Below are positions 8,975 through 19,231 of a DNA stretch of 64,000 nt, in pieces; the stretch's first letter is position 1; each line of letters begins with the position of its first letter. The notes beneath the pieces are model-generated. The model was not told where the DNA came from, did not search any database, and worked only from the letters and a program-made list of their open reading frames with translations. This DNA is from Candidatus Bathyarchaeota archaeon (lineage in GTDB: Archaea; Thermoproteota; Bathyarchaeia; Bathyarchaeales; Bathycorpusculaceae), in the NCBI GenBank assembly GCA_963775465.1, contig CAVZIW010000004.1, positions 128,040-192,039 on the forward strand, read 5' to 3'. The position numbers were made by a program, and so were the translations under genes.

Positions 8975-10162
8975 TTGGATATTGAACAAGGAAGAATAAG
9001 TCGAATTCATGATTATTCTATGAATTTTGATTACTTAAAATCGAGGTTGACTGAGTTACGTGAAAATCATCCTTCAGGGGTAATAATTCCACTCATTGAA
9101 AGTGATCTTGAAACGCCCGCAATCGAAAAAATAATTGACGGGTTAAACAAATGCGATTACCTAAAAAAAACATACATTGCTTTATCTGCAAAAACTGAAA
9201 ACGGGTACGATAAAGCAGTCAACTCTTTCTCTAAGTTAGAAGGTCCACATGATATAGTGTGGTGCAATAATCAAAATGTAGCAAATGTTTTGGGTGAACT
9301 AAGAAAAAAAGGGCTTGATGTCACTAATTTACAAGGAAAAGGAAAAGATCTTTGGATAGCGCTTGGAATCGCGTCACTTGAACTTCAAGCAATCGCAATT
9401 CATGATGCGGATATAACAACTTACTCAGAGCTGTTACCGACCAAGCTTCTTTATTCAGTGGTTGAACCACGATTAGATTTTTGGTTTGCTAAAGGCTACT
9501 ACGCGCGAATCAGTCTTGAAAAAAGGTTAATCTATGGAAGGATATACCGTTTATTCATTAATCCATTACTGGAAGCGCTCCATAAGAAAATGCCCCAAAA
9601 ATCGGCATTCGTTCGTTACTTGCAATCTTTTAGATATACACTTTCAGGTGAAATGGCAATATTTACTGATATAGCATTGAATCTGAGAATTCCAAGCGGT
9701 TGGGGTTTAGAAATAGGGATCCTATCTGAGCTCTACAGGAACGCTTCAAGCAAACGGATATGTGAGGTTGATCTGGGCTTCTTTGACCATAAGCACAAAC
9801 CAATTGACCCCGATGCATTGATAAAAACTGCTGAAACAAGTTTGATTACGTTGCTTAGAACCTTAACAGAAACCGAAGCAATTAACATATCTAACTCATC
9901 ACTTTTGAGCCTTCAAGTTACTTATCGAAGGTTTGCGCAGGATAGAATTCGTCAATATTATGCTGATGCGATATGTAATGACTTAAATTATGATAGGCAT
10001 GCAGAAGAAACGTGTGTGGAACTATTATCGGATGCGATAATTACTGCTGGACAACAGTATATGAAATGCCCCACTGGCGCCCAGTTGCCTGATTGGCTCC
10101 GAACATTGTCGGCAATGAGTGATGCACGACAGAAACTAAGAGATGCCGCGATTCAAAAATGA
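8975..10162 (+). CDS. gpgS: Glucosyl-3-phosphoglycerate synthase (GpgS-type; sugar specificity inferred)
   Basis: GKGKDLW, HDADI, FAKGYYAR, GRIYRLFINPLL, YTLSGE, WGLEIGILSE, DHKHK; coupled to the downstream phosphatase. Confidence 0.8.
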   Translation: MDIEQGRISRIHDYSMNFDYLKSRLTELRENHPSGVIIPLIESDLETPAIEKIIDGLNKCDYLKKTYIALSAKTENGYDKAVNSFSKLEGPHDIVWCNNQNVANVLGELRKKGLDVTNLQGKGKDLWIALGIASLELQAIAIHDADITTYSELLPTKLLYSVVEPRLDFWFAKGYYARISLEKRLIYGRIYRLFINPLLEALHKKMPQKSAFVRYLQSFRYTLSGEMAIFTDIALNLRIPSGWGLEIGILSELYRNASSKRICEVDLGFFDHKHKPIDPDALIKTAETSLITLLRTLTETEAINISNSSLLSLQVTYRRFAQDRIRQYYADAICNDLNYDRHAEETCVELLSDAIITAGQQYMKCPTGAQLPDWLRTLSAMSDARQKLRDAAIQK

Positions 10163-10905
10163 TCTCTTCAAAAATAGTAATCTTTAGTGACATTGATGGA
10201 ACCGTCATCGATGACAATTATAGTTTAAGAGAAACTGAAATCATCATTTCTGAAATATTAGAAAAACAAGTTAATTTCGTTCTATGTAGCAGTAAAACGA
10301 GAGCAGAAATAGAATATTATAGAAACCAATTAGGCATAAAAGATCCCTTCATTTCAGAGAACGGCGCGGCGATCTTTATTCCGAAGGGGTACTTTGATTT
10401 TTCTTATGATTACTCGAAACAAACCAGCGAGTTTGACGTTATAGAATTAGGCTTGGCTTATTCAGAAATTAGAGAAAAAATTAGGGTAATAGAAGAAAAA
10501 GGGTCTTTTAAGATAGTTGGTTTTGGGGATATGACTGCGGAGGAAGTTTCGAAAGGCACTGGACTTCCCCTCGATCTAGCAATGCTGGCTAAGCAAAGAG
10601 AGTATAGTGAGCCTTGCATCATTTATGGGAAAAATGAAGAGGAGTTCTCCGGTTTACTAAGAAACGAAGGTTTGCGTTATGAAAAAGGAAAAAAATACTA
10701 CAACCTAATTGGAATTCATGATAAAGGAAAAGCTGTTGCACGTCTTAAGGATCTTTATGTTTCTAAGTTTGGAGCGATCAAGAGTTTCGCAGTAGGTAAC
10801 GATAGAAATGATATTTCGATGTTAAAGATTTCAGATTGTTCCTTTTTTGTTGAAAAAGAGCAAAGCCTTAAGACTGTCTGGACTCGTGTTTACAGCAGCC
10901 TATAA
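10159..10905 (+). CDS. mpgP: Mannosyl/glucosyl-3-phosphoglycerate phosphatase (HAD IIB)
   Basis: DIDGT, CSSKTRAEI, FISENGAAI, QREYSEP, GNDRND; ATGA overlap with the synthase. Confidence 0.88.
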   Translation: MISSKIVIFSDIDGTVIDDNYSLRETEIIISEILEKQVNFVLCSSKTRAEIEYYRNQLGIKDPFISENGAAIFIPKGYFDFSYDYSKQTSEFDVIELGLAYSEIREKIRVIEEKGSFKIVGFGDMTAEEVSKGTGLPLDLAMLAKQREYSEPCIIYGKNEEEFSGLLRNEGLRYEKGKKYYNLIGIHDKGKAVARLKDLYVSKFGAIKSFAVGNDRNDISMLKISDCSFFVEKEQSLKTVWTRVYSSL

Positions 10906-10976
10906 ATACGATCTTCAACTTTCGAATTGGTTAATTAAAATGTTTTTTTGTAAATGTGAGAGACAACTTTTCTTCC

Positions 10977-11288
10977 TTATTTCGGTGGTTCGTTTATGAC
11001 TAGAATAATTTTTTCTACAGTGGAATCGCATATTTTTCGGATTCCTCTTTTTCCTCGTTCATAAGTAATGTTGATTAAGCCTAGATCTTCTAGGGCGCGA
11101 ACTTGCTCACTTATGTAGGCTTCGCTTAATCCTATTTTCTTGGCTATCGTTGTAATGTCTAAACGTTCCGTTGATAATATTTGAAGCATCAAGAAAGTCG
11201 TAGTGTTTAGCGCTTCAGCTAGGGTCAGCGCTTTTTCTCCAGACACTATTACTTCTTTGGGAGATGGCAGAGTTTCACCGGTAACCAA
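10977..11288 (-). CDS. ArsR-family winged-helix transcription regulator
   Basis: LDITTIAKKIGLSEAYISEQVRALEDLGLI HTH. Confidence 0.85.
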   Translation of the reverse strand: MVTGETLPSPKEVIVSGEKALTLAEALNTTTFLMLQILSTERLDITTIAKKIGLSEAYISEQVRALEDLGLINITYERGKRGIRKICDSTVEKIILVINEPPK

Positions 11289-11458
11289 TATACTTTCCAG
11301 TTGTATTAATCGATTACTCTTTTTCGTAAAGAAATTAATTATATTTTGACTATTTTACAACAATAAGCATTTAGTCAAAAGTTCTCGAATACTTTTTTTA
11401 TTTTTGACTTGCGAATCATTTTTAAAAAATGGGTGCATAAGAATCGTGACAAAAGACT

Positions 11459-12706
11459 TTGGGATTGCCAATGAGTGAAAATCAATCAGCATTATCTTTA
11501 GATGCACACATTTATCTCCACGATATAGAAAGAGCAGATATTTTGGTTGGGATTCCAGCGTTCAATAATGTACTTACAGCTAGCTATGTCCTCTCTCAAG
11601 TGGTCAAAGGATTAGACACATACTTTCCAACATTGAGATCAGTAATTTTTGTTTCAGATGGAAACTCAAACGATGACACCCTAACTTCTGTCAAGAAGAT
11701 TAACTTGCCTTCGGAAGTTAAGCTAATTCCAGCTATTTATATGGGGCTTTCAGGCAAAGGAACAGCGGTTAGAGCAATATTTGAAGCAGCGACTCACCTG
11801 AAAGTTAAGAGCGTTGCGCTTGTCGATTCAGATTTACGTAGCATAACTCCTGAATGGATGAAACTGTTAATTACGCCTACCTTGGGTGGAACAGGTTTTG
11901 TGGCTCCTTACTACAATCGTCGCAAGTATGATGGAACAATAACTAACTTCTTGTGCTATCCAGTGACGACAAGCTTGTTTGGTAAGGATATAAGACAACC
12001 TATAGGTGGCGACTTCGGATTATCAATAGATTTAGTGCAAGACCTGTTAGACTCCCCGATCTGGAAAAATCCGGATGTTTACCGTTTTGGGATAGACATC
12101 TTTGAAACTTGTACTGCGTTAGCGAAGGGGTATGAGGTCAAAGAAGCCTTCTTGGGGGTAAAGAACCATGATGCCAAAGATCCATCCAGTCAGTTAGCAT
12201 CAATGTTTAGACAAGTCATGAATGTTATGTTTAGCTGTATTGAATATTATGAACCAGTATGGAAGGACACAAAGGGCGTTTCTAAGGTCGAAATGTTTGG
12301 TGAATCTAAAAATAGCTCTACACCCGAACCCATCCCAGTCTCTTTACCTGAAACAATTGAAGCTTTCAGAAGCAAGTATGACCAGTACAAAATCTTCTAC
12401 CAATCATTTCTAGAACAGAAAATTCAAGAAAAGTTTGAGGAAATAAAGCAAATAGAAACCTGTTCGGTTGATTTTTCTTCGGAAATTTGGGCTAAAACAG
12501 TCTATTCGTTTATTGCTGAATTCCATCAGAACCCCAGCTATGGAAAAGACAAACTCATCGATGCACTGCGTGTGCTTTGGATCGGCAGAGTTGCCGTTTT
12601 CTTAAAAGAAACTGCGGATCTAACCAGAGAGGAAGCGGAGCTTAAAATAGCGGAAGAAGCAAAGGTATTCCAAGATTTGAAAGGTTACCTTATCGCGAAA
12701 TACTAG
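11459..12706 (+). CDS. Glucosylglycerate synthase-like glycosyltransferase (copy 1)
   Basis: ADILVGIPAFNN, SDGNSND, SGKGTA, VDSDLRSITPEW, RRKYDGTITN, RQPIGGDFG, FGIDI, HDAKDP. Confidence 0.8.
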   Translation: MGLPMSENQSALSLDAHIYLHDIERADILVGIPAFNNVLTASYVLSQVVKGLDTYFPTLRSVIFVSDGNSNDDTLTSVKKINLPSEVKLIPAIYMGLSGKGTAVRAIFEAATHLKVKSVALVDSDLRSITPEWMKLLITPTLGGTGFVAPYYNRRKYDGTITNFLCYPVTTSLFGKDIRQPIGGDFGLSIDLVQDLLDSPIWKNPDVYRFGIDIFETCTALAKGYEVKEAFLGVKNHDAKDPSSQLASMFRQVMNVMFSCIEYYEPVWKDTKGVSKVEMFGESKNSSTPEPIPVSLPETIEAFRSKYDQYKIFYQSFLEQKIQEKFEEIKQIETCSVDFSSEIWAKTVYSFIAEFHQNPSYGKDKLIDALRVLWIGRVAVFLKETADLTREEAELKIAEEAKVFQDLKGYLIAKY

Positions 12707-12916
12707 ATTTTTATTTTTAAAGCACAAATAGCTCTACTTTTTACCTTTTTTCATGTTAGTGATAATAGTATTTTAGAAATGTCTTACCAATTCAATCATT
12801 TGTTAGATACTTGTTGCTCTGGCTTTTTTCAAACATAAGTTATTGTCTAGTAGCTCTGTTTTAGGAAAAATTCTTAAGCTATTAAAAGTAAAATTTGAGT
12901 TGATAGGAAAATCAAC

Positions 12917-13684
12917 ATGTCTCAAGAAGAAGAACACTATCAGACTTTTGTAAATTTAGGGCTTACTTATCTTCAAGCAAAAGTGTATGTAACATTACTC
13001 AGACTGGGAGATGTTGGAACGGAGGTAAGAAAAATCGCCAGTGCCTCAGCGATTGCTCGTCAAGATGTGTACAGAATTTTACCTGTGCTTCAAAAAATGG
13101 GGCTTGTAGAGAAAGTTGTTGCAATTCCTACAATCTATAGACCTATACCATTGGAAGAGGGAATTTCTAAATTAATGAAAAAGAGGACTAAAGAGTATCA
13201 AGATGTTCAAAAGAAAGCAAAGTTTCTTTTAGAGAATTTCGTGGCTCCAGAAGTAGAACCTAAAGAGGATTCATCACAATTCGTTATTACGTCCGAGAGA
13301 TCTCTTTTTCTGAAAAGAGTCAGAGAAGATACCGCTAAAACAGAATCATCTATAGATATTATTTACGGTGATGAAAGGTTAAGGACAATTGTATTTCATA
13401 CGTTTGATGAGTTTCAGAAAGCAAGCGCAAGAGGGATAAAGATACGAGCGATAACGTACAAAACGGAGGAGGAGCCATTAGATAAAAATCTCCAAATTTT
13501 GTCAAGCAAAGCTACCTTTGACCTTCGATTTATCAACAGAGACATTCCAGTTGGTTTAGTTATTTTTGATAATACAAAAGTGAATATTCGTACAATGCGT
13601 AGCATAGTTCCTAGTTTATGGACAAATAACGGTAATGTCGTTAGATTGTCTAAATTCTATTTTGACTGTTTATGGGAAATGTAA
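12917..13684 (+). CDS. TrmB-family transcription regulator
   Basis: LGLTYLQAKVYVTLL...IARQDVYRILPVLQKMGLVEK plus C-terminal effector domain. Confidence 0.9.
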   Translation: MSQEEEHYQTFVNLGLTYLQAKVYVTLLRLGDVGTEVRKIASASAIARQDVYRILPVLQKMGLVEKVVAIPTIYRPIPLEEGISKLMKKRTKEYQDVQKKAKFLLENFVAPEVEPKEDSSQFVITSERSLFLKRVREDTAKTESSIDIIYGDERLRTIVFHTFDEFQKASARGIKIRAITYKTEEEPLDKNLQILSSKATFDLRFINRDIPVGLVIFDNTKVNIRTMRSIVPSLWTNNGNVVRLSKFYFDCLWEM

Positions 13685-13823
13685 ACAGTTGCAGTTAGTG
13701 CTTCTTACTGGAAAAATAACGTAAATTTTTTGGGTAAATCATATTTAAAGTTGGCAGTTAAGCTAATTATTAGTTTTATTGAATGTCGAAGGCATAAACT
13801 AAATACTTGAGAAAGATTACGTT

Positions 13824-14690
13824 TTGTCTATGGGATACCAGCCGCGGAAAAAGCTGTCAAGAGACGCAATTCATCAGTACAGAAAGCCTCTTCGGGAAAA
13901 AAGCAAAAATAGAAAATGTATCCGTAACCTTCATGGAAGTCCGCCGGCTGAAAAGGCACAAATTTTTACTGAAAAAGAAATTTCGGAGGCAACCCTCAGG
14001 CGATTACATACCTTAGGAAGTCAAAAATTTGGTTCTTCTCCATTCAGTGAGCATTTTAACCGCTGGTTGATGAATGTATCCATCGTGCTAGATGAGTTTC
14101 AGGCGCACCCAAATATAAATGTGGACAAACAATTCGTAACGGAATGTAATCAAACGCTCTCCACCATTAATTTTCAACTTAAAGCAAGACATCGCCAAGA
14201 AACTTCGCTTGATCAGGAACTAAAAAATTTGGCATATTACAGAGAACGCCTAAAACAAATCAATACAGAATATTCAATCGAGGCTTCAAAGATTAAGGGT
14301 CAAAAAAATAGAGAAATCAGGCGTCTTAACAGCAGCATAAATCGTTTAAAAAGAGAACAAGACGAAGTTATTCGGATGAAAACGGGTCTTTTTCGAAGCG
14401 TCTCAAAGAAAGACAGGGAACAGAGAGAAATCGTGATAGTAGAGGAATTGAATAATAAGCAAACAGAACTCGAAATGGTTATTTTAGATTTCAAAAATCA
14501 ACAAAAAATTCTTCAAGACAATTATGAAAAAAACAAAGAGCCCGTTCTTGACCAGATATATGATTTTAAGAAAAAAATTCGGCATATGGACGCGGACGGT
14601 TCTTTGGAAGAGCGATGGTTTGCTTGTGAAGCACTCATCGATTCGATAAACAGTTTTTTACAAAGAAAAGCAACAACTAAGTTACCCTAA
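13824..14690 (+). CDS. Coiled-coil hypothetical protein
   Basis: 288-aa charged, helical ORF. Confidence 0.65.
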   Translation: MSMGYQPRKKLSRDAIHQYRKPLREKSKNRKCIRNLHGSPPAEKAQIFTEKEISEATLRRLHTLGSQKFGSSPFSEHFNRWLMNVSIVLDEFQAHPNINVDKQFVTECNQTLSTINFQLKARHRQETSLDQELKNLAYYRERLKQINTEYSIEASKIKGQKNREIRRLNSSINRLKREQDEVIRMKTGLFRSVSKKDREQREIVIVEELNNKQTELEMVILDFKNQQKILQDNYEKNKEPVLDQIYDFKKKIRHMDADGSLEERWFACEALIDSINSFLQRKATTKLP

Positions 14691-14756
14691 AAAAGTTAAT
14701 AGTTGTAAAAATCAAGAAGAAATAAAGAATATTGTCAAACTTTGCGATATTTTGGT

Positions 14757-14882
14757 TTAGCCATCTATTAAATGGACTGTGCCATCTGGACAGTAGACCT
14801 TTTCTCCGACAGATGTTTTCTTATAACGTCTTTTACATTCAGAAGACATTTGAGAGCATCCGTCGCAATCTCGTGATAACAT
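14757..14882 (-). CDS. 41-aa Cys/His microprotein (putative metal-binding)
   Basis: Hand-translated MLSRDCDGCSQMSSECKRRYKKTSVGEKVYCPDGTVHLIDG; preceded by GAGGCGAT RBS-like sequence. Confidence 0.6.
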   Translation of the reverse strand: MLSRDCDGCSQMSSECKRRYKKTSVGEKVYCPDGTVHLIDG

Positions 14883-15200
14883 TTTATCGCCTCTTTAATT
14901 GAATCTGAATATTTAAGATTAAAGTTGGAAGAAATAAACGTTTCGAACCAACAATCTTGATTTCAACGAACATCTACCAAGTTAAAAGTTGATCTGAGAA
15001 TTAGCTAAAACTTCGGTTTTACTCATAAAACTTACCAACGCGTTAGTTCTTTAATAAGCCTATACATAATCTAATTGGCAGCAGTGCTTTTTAAGCGCAT
15101 ATAAATCAAGAAAAGAAGGGTGCATAAAGAGCAGAAAAAAATAACCATTTATCTTTTTTGCTTCTCATGTTCTAGCGTATGATTAAAAAATGAAAAAGAA

Positions 15201-15485
15201 TTATGGGGGTTTAAGATAAATGTGAAGCTGCCCCTTTGAAACCTGAAGGTCAACTCTATTCTTTGAAGTACAACATTTAGAAGCTGGTCCAACAGCCGAA
15301 ATAGCCAATAGGTTTTTAAATTTGCTATTTACGCCAATTATCTCTTTTGCTGCCTCTTTAGTTAATTCGATTTCAAAATGAGTTATTTTCCACTCTTCAG
15401 CATCGATAATTACGTCTGTAACAATACCCACTTTTAGGTTTTCAACATAGATTTCTTTATAGAGTAATTCGTAACGGAAATTCAT
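15201..15485 (-). CDS. PRC-barrel domain protein
   Basis: ELLYKEIYVENLKVGIVTDVIIDAEEWKITHFEI. Confidence 0.7.
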   Translation of the reverse strand: MNFRYELLYKEIYVENLKVGIVTDVIIDAEEWKITHFEIELTKEAAKEIIGVNSKFKNLLAISAVGPASKCCTSKNRVDLQVSKGQLHIYLKPP

Positions 15486-15770
15486 AGTGTATCAGACACT
15501 CCACCAGACGTTATATCGATGATTTATTAATAAAACTTACCAAAACCATAATAGATTTTCAGTTCTTATTTTTCTATTTCATTGTTAGCTTATCAAAACT
15601 GCTTTTCGGTAACCTTCATATTAGCCTAGTTTATGAAAACGTATCTCTTTTCAAATTCTACCATATTGTACTATCTTGTGCAAGTTTTCAAAGATAGCAG
15701 ATACTTGCCACCTAAACCAATTAAAGTATAAATTAATTCAAAAAAGTCCTTAAAAAAAGGAAGGGGTTGT

Positions 15771-16619
15771 TTAGTTTGTTTCTTTGGATATTTTTTTAGC
15801 GAGTGCGTACCCGATTGGAATCAACATTATTGCGAGTGCAATAGCAAAAGCCCAAGAAATGTTAGCAATGACATTTGTGACACCTGGAAAAGTGGCGAAA
15901 ATTGCGCCAGCGCCTATAATCAAGAATATGCTGTATAGTACGAATTTTGCGTAGCCTGCAACTGTTTTGAATTCTGCGTGATCTTCAGTAATCGACTGGA
16001 TCAATGTGTCAGTTAAGGCAATACCAGCACCGATAATTACGAAGCCAAGTATTAATGGATAGATTGTGTTGCCTGAAAGCAGCATTGTATCGAGAGCGAG
16101 TAGTATTATGAATGCTATTAGTCCAATTAGAAGCAAGTTCTTTAGCATATCGGCAATTTCTACTTTGGCTTCTGGGAACATAGGTCGTAGCATTTTACCA
16201 ATGAATGTTGCTAGAAAATCTACGAATACTGTTCCAAAGACGATTATCAGTATACCTCCGAGAAGTCTTGGCAAATAGTCAGCTATTGAACTAAGATATC
16301 CACCGAAAGTTCCTCCGATGTTCAGGACTTGAATGGCCAGTATTATTGATAGTATTACAATGAATGCTTTAGTTACTGCTCCGATAAAGTTAGATAGGTC
16401 AAGACCAGCAGCCCTGAAAGATTTTCCAGTTACTGTTTGGTCAAAGCTTTTTTCCATCCCTAATTTTTCAACTATTTTGTTTACTGCTTTGCCAACGAAA
16501 GTTCCGACAAACCATCCAATTATAATGATTATGATTGCAGCGATCACAGCAGGAAGGGCATTGACTATATCCGTCGCGACATTACTAAAAACTTCAACTA
16601 TGTCAACCAAGAATATCAC
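15771..16619 (-). CDS. TM-helix repeat membrane protein (mechanosensitive channel/CmpX-associated repeats)
   Basis: ALPAVIAAIIIIIIGWFVG and YLPRLLGGILIIVFG repeats. Confidence 0.75.
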   Translation of the reverse strand: MIFLVDIVEVFSNVATDIVNALPAVIAAIIIIIIGWFVGTFVGKAVNKIVEKLGMEKSFDQTVTGKSFRAAGLDLSNFIGAVTKAFIVILSIILAIQVLNIGGTFGGYLSSIADYLPRLLGGILIIVFGTVFVDFLATFIGKMLRPMFPEAKVEIADMLKNLLLIGLIAFIILLALDTMLLSGNTIYPLILGFVIIGAGIALTDTLIQSITEDHAEFKTVAGYAKFVLYSIFLIIGAGAIFATFPGVTNVIANISWAFAIALAIMLIPIGYALAKKISKETN

Positions 16620-16812
16620 TAATCTCTTATTTGTATAGATTATTATTAAAAGTTATCCATTTGATAAAAAGCGTGATTAGTAATTTTTTTGCTATTATCG
16701 TTATACGCATTCATAGCAGAAGAAAGCAATATTTTATCAACATTTCTGAATCTCCTCTCCAACGTTAACAAGGTACAAGATAGATTTTTAAAGCGAGTTT
16801 GATGAACTAATA

Positions 16813-18084
16813 ATGTACATTTCTAAGGAGACGCTGTTAATGAGGAAAAATCCAAGTTTAATTTCTTCGAATGAAGCCTCCAAATATTTACAAGATATTG
16901 CTATTGCAGATATCCTTGTAGGCATGCCCTCCTACAACAACGTAATCACAGCAAACTACGTAGTATCTCAGATAGTCAAGGGATTAGATACCTACTTCCC
17001 AGACTACAAGTCAGTAGTTTTCGTATCAGACGGGGGTTCTGGAGACCAAACACTAACTTCAGTTAGAAAAATCGACATTAAATCAACCAACGTCAAACTA
17101 ATTCCAACTATATATATCGGAGCTTCCGGAAAAGGAACAGCTGTTCAAGCTATTTTTGAAGCGGCCAGGTACCTTCAAGTGAAGAGTGTTGCGCTTGTTG
17201 ATTCAGATCTGCGGAGTATAACGCCTGAATGGATGAAACTGTTGATTGAACCCACATTAACTGGAACAGATTTTGTAGCGCCTTTGTATAATCGAAGCAA
17301 ATATGACGGAACCATTACAAACTTTCTGTGTTACCCTTTAACCGTTGCGCTTTTCGGGAAGAATGTTAGGCAGCCAATAGGTGGAGATTTCGGATTGTCA
17401 TTACCTTTAGTGGAGGAGATTTTGGAGTCTTCGATGTGGAATTATTCTTACGTTAGCCGTTTTGGAATCGACATTTTTGAGACCCACACGGCATTGGCAA
17501 AGGGGTTTAAGGTTAAAGAGGCAAGGTTAGGTGTAAAAGAGCATGACCCAAAAGACCCCTCCAGCCAGTTAGCAGGCATGTTTAGACAAGTAACGGGTAC
17601 ATTGTTCAAATGTATTGAGAAATACGAGCCAATTTGGAAAAAAATCAATGGTGTATCTGAGACTGAGAAAATTGGCGAAGATACATCGAACGGCATTCCC
17701 AAAGCAGTCGAGGTTTCTCTACCCAACACGATAAAGGCATTTAGAGCCAACTATGAAAATTATGCACCCACTTTTAGGTCACTATTAAGCAAAGACATTA
17801 CATCCAAGTTTGAACAATTAAAGAGTCTTGAAACATCAAACGTTGACTTTCCCTCGGAGGTTTGGGCTAACACCGTCTACACATTTATCGCAGAATTTCA
17901 CAAAGAGAAAGACACTAGAGCAGCACTACTGTTGCTAGATGCGCTACGAATTTTATGGATCGGAAGAGTCGCTGCTTTCATCAAAGATACGTGGAACCTT
18001 GAGCGAGACCAAGCAGAAGAAAAAGTTCTACAAGAGGCAAAAGTTTTCACATCATTAAAACCCAATCTCGTTGATGTGTATTAG
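16813..18084 (+). CDS. Glucosylglycerate synthase-like glycosyltransferase (copy 2)
   Basis: Clear paralog of 11459..12706 (VKSVALVDSDLRSITPEWMKLLI is identical); start may be 16840. Confidence 0.8.
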   Translation: MYISKETLLMRKNPSLISSNEASKYLQDIAIADILVGMPSYNNVITANYVVSQIVKGLDTYFPDYKSVVFVSDGGSGDQTLTSVRKIDIKSTNVKLIPTIYIGASGKGTAVQAIFEAARYLQVKSVALVDSDLRSITPEWMKLLIEPTLTGTDFVAPLYNRSKYDGTITNFLCYPLTVALFGKNVRQPIGGDFGLSLPLVEEILESSMWNYSYVSRFGIDIFETHTALAKGFKVKEARLGVKEHDPKDPSSQLAGMFRQVTGTLFKCIEKYEPIWKKINGVSETEKIGEDTSNGIPKAVEVSLPNTIKAFRANYENYAPTFRSLLSKDITSKFEQLKSLETSNVDFPSEVWANTVYTFIAEFHKEKDTRAALLLLDALRILWIGRVAAFIKDTWNLERDQAEEKVLQEAKVFTSLKPNLVDVY

Positions 18085-18163
18085 CATAAATTTCAAGATT
18101 AGCTATGGCTGAGATTAATTTTGGCTGAGAACGTGGTTTTTAAAGATTTGGATAGGATAAGAA

Positions 18164-19105
18164 ATGCAAGAAGCAATCAAGACACTATTGAACACAGATA
18201 ATGAAGCATTAATAGCGTTTACCAAACGGAATTTGCTTGAGAAAGAAGTGGATATCGAAGAATTATGGACCTTGCCAAGAGTGAAAAAAATATTGAAAGC
18301 CCAACAATCCAATGGTTCATGGATCTATCCAAACAAGAAAGCAGCGTTGCGTTCACCCACAAACTATGACCAATACCAAACATACAAGACGATAGCCGAA
18401 CTGGTGGAATTCTACGGACTAAATAGTAAACATGAAGCAATAAGAAAAGCAGCTGATTATCTATTTTCATTTCAAACCGAAGAAGGAGAATTCAGAGGTA
18501 TGTACGGAAACCAGTACAGCCCCAATTACAGTGCGAGCATTACGGAATTTTTAATAAGAGCCGGATATGGCAACGATATAAGAATCGAAAAATCACTCAG
18601 TTGGTTGCTTGGAATGAGGCAGTACGATGGAGGATGGGCTATTCCTCTGAGAACCAGAAACAGAGAATTGGAAGCTCTGAAAGAGGAAGACACAATTGAG
18701 CCAGATAAAACCAAACCGTTCTCTCACTTAGTTACAGGTATTGTGCTAAGACCATTTTCATTAATGCCTCGGTTCAGAACAAAAGTAAAAGATGCAGGAA
18801 TACTATTAGCAGATAGAGTCTTCACCAGAGACAAATACTCTGATAGAAGAGGCGTTGAGTACTGGACAAAATTCACTTTTCCATATCATTGGACAGACCT
18901 ACTGTCAACAATAGATGCATTGACGCTTCTTGGAATCAATAATCACCCAAAAATCAACGAAATAACAAAGTGGTTTGAGAGGCACAAACAAAACAACGGA
19001 ATATACAAAGTAAATGTGATGGCGGGAGCTAAGTACAAGGATGTCAAGTACTGGATAACCTTACATTATTCATATGTGCTTAAGAGAATGATTCAACAAA
19101 GATAG
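18164..19105 (+). CDS. Prenyltransferase/squalene-oxidase repeat (alpha-alpha barrel) protein
   Basis: QW-like repeats AQQSNGSW, FQTEEGEF, MRQYDGGW, HKQNNGIY. Confidence 0.7.
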   Translation: MQEAIKTLLNTDNEALIAFTKRNLLEKEVDIEELWTLPRVKKILKAQQSNGSWIYPNKKAALRSPTNYDQYQTYKTIAELVEFYGLNSKHEAIRKAADYLFSFQTEEGEFRGMYGNQYSPNYSASITEFLIRAGYGNDIRIEKSLSWLLGMRQYDGGWAIPLRTRNRELEALKEEDTIEPDKTKPFSHLVTGIVLRPFSLMPRFRTKVKDAGILLADRVFTRDKYSDRRGVEYWTKFTFPYHWTDLLSTIDALTLLGINNHPKINEITKWFERHKQNNGIYKVNVMAGAKYKDVKYWITLHYSYVLKRMIQQR

Positions 19106-19231
19106 CTGGAAATTTTTTACTTTGCCCAAGCTTTCAGAATGATCCTTTTGGTTTTTGAAGAATAAAATATTCGGACTACAACTGCAGGTCCGTTAAAAAA
19201 ACGCACTTCCATAAACTCTCAGCTTATTTTA

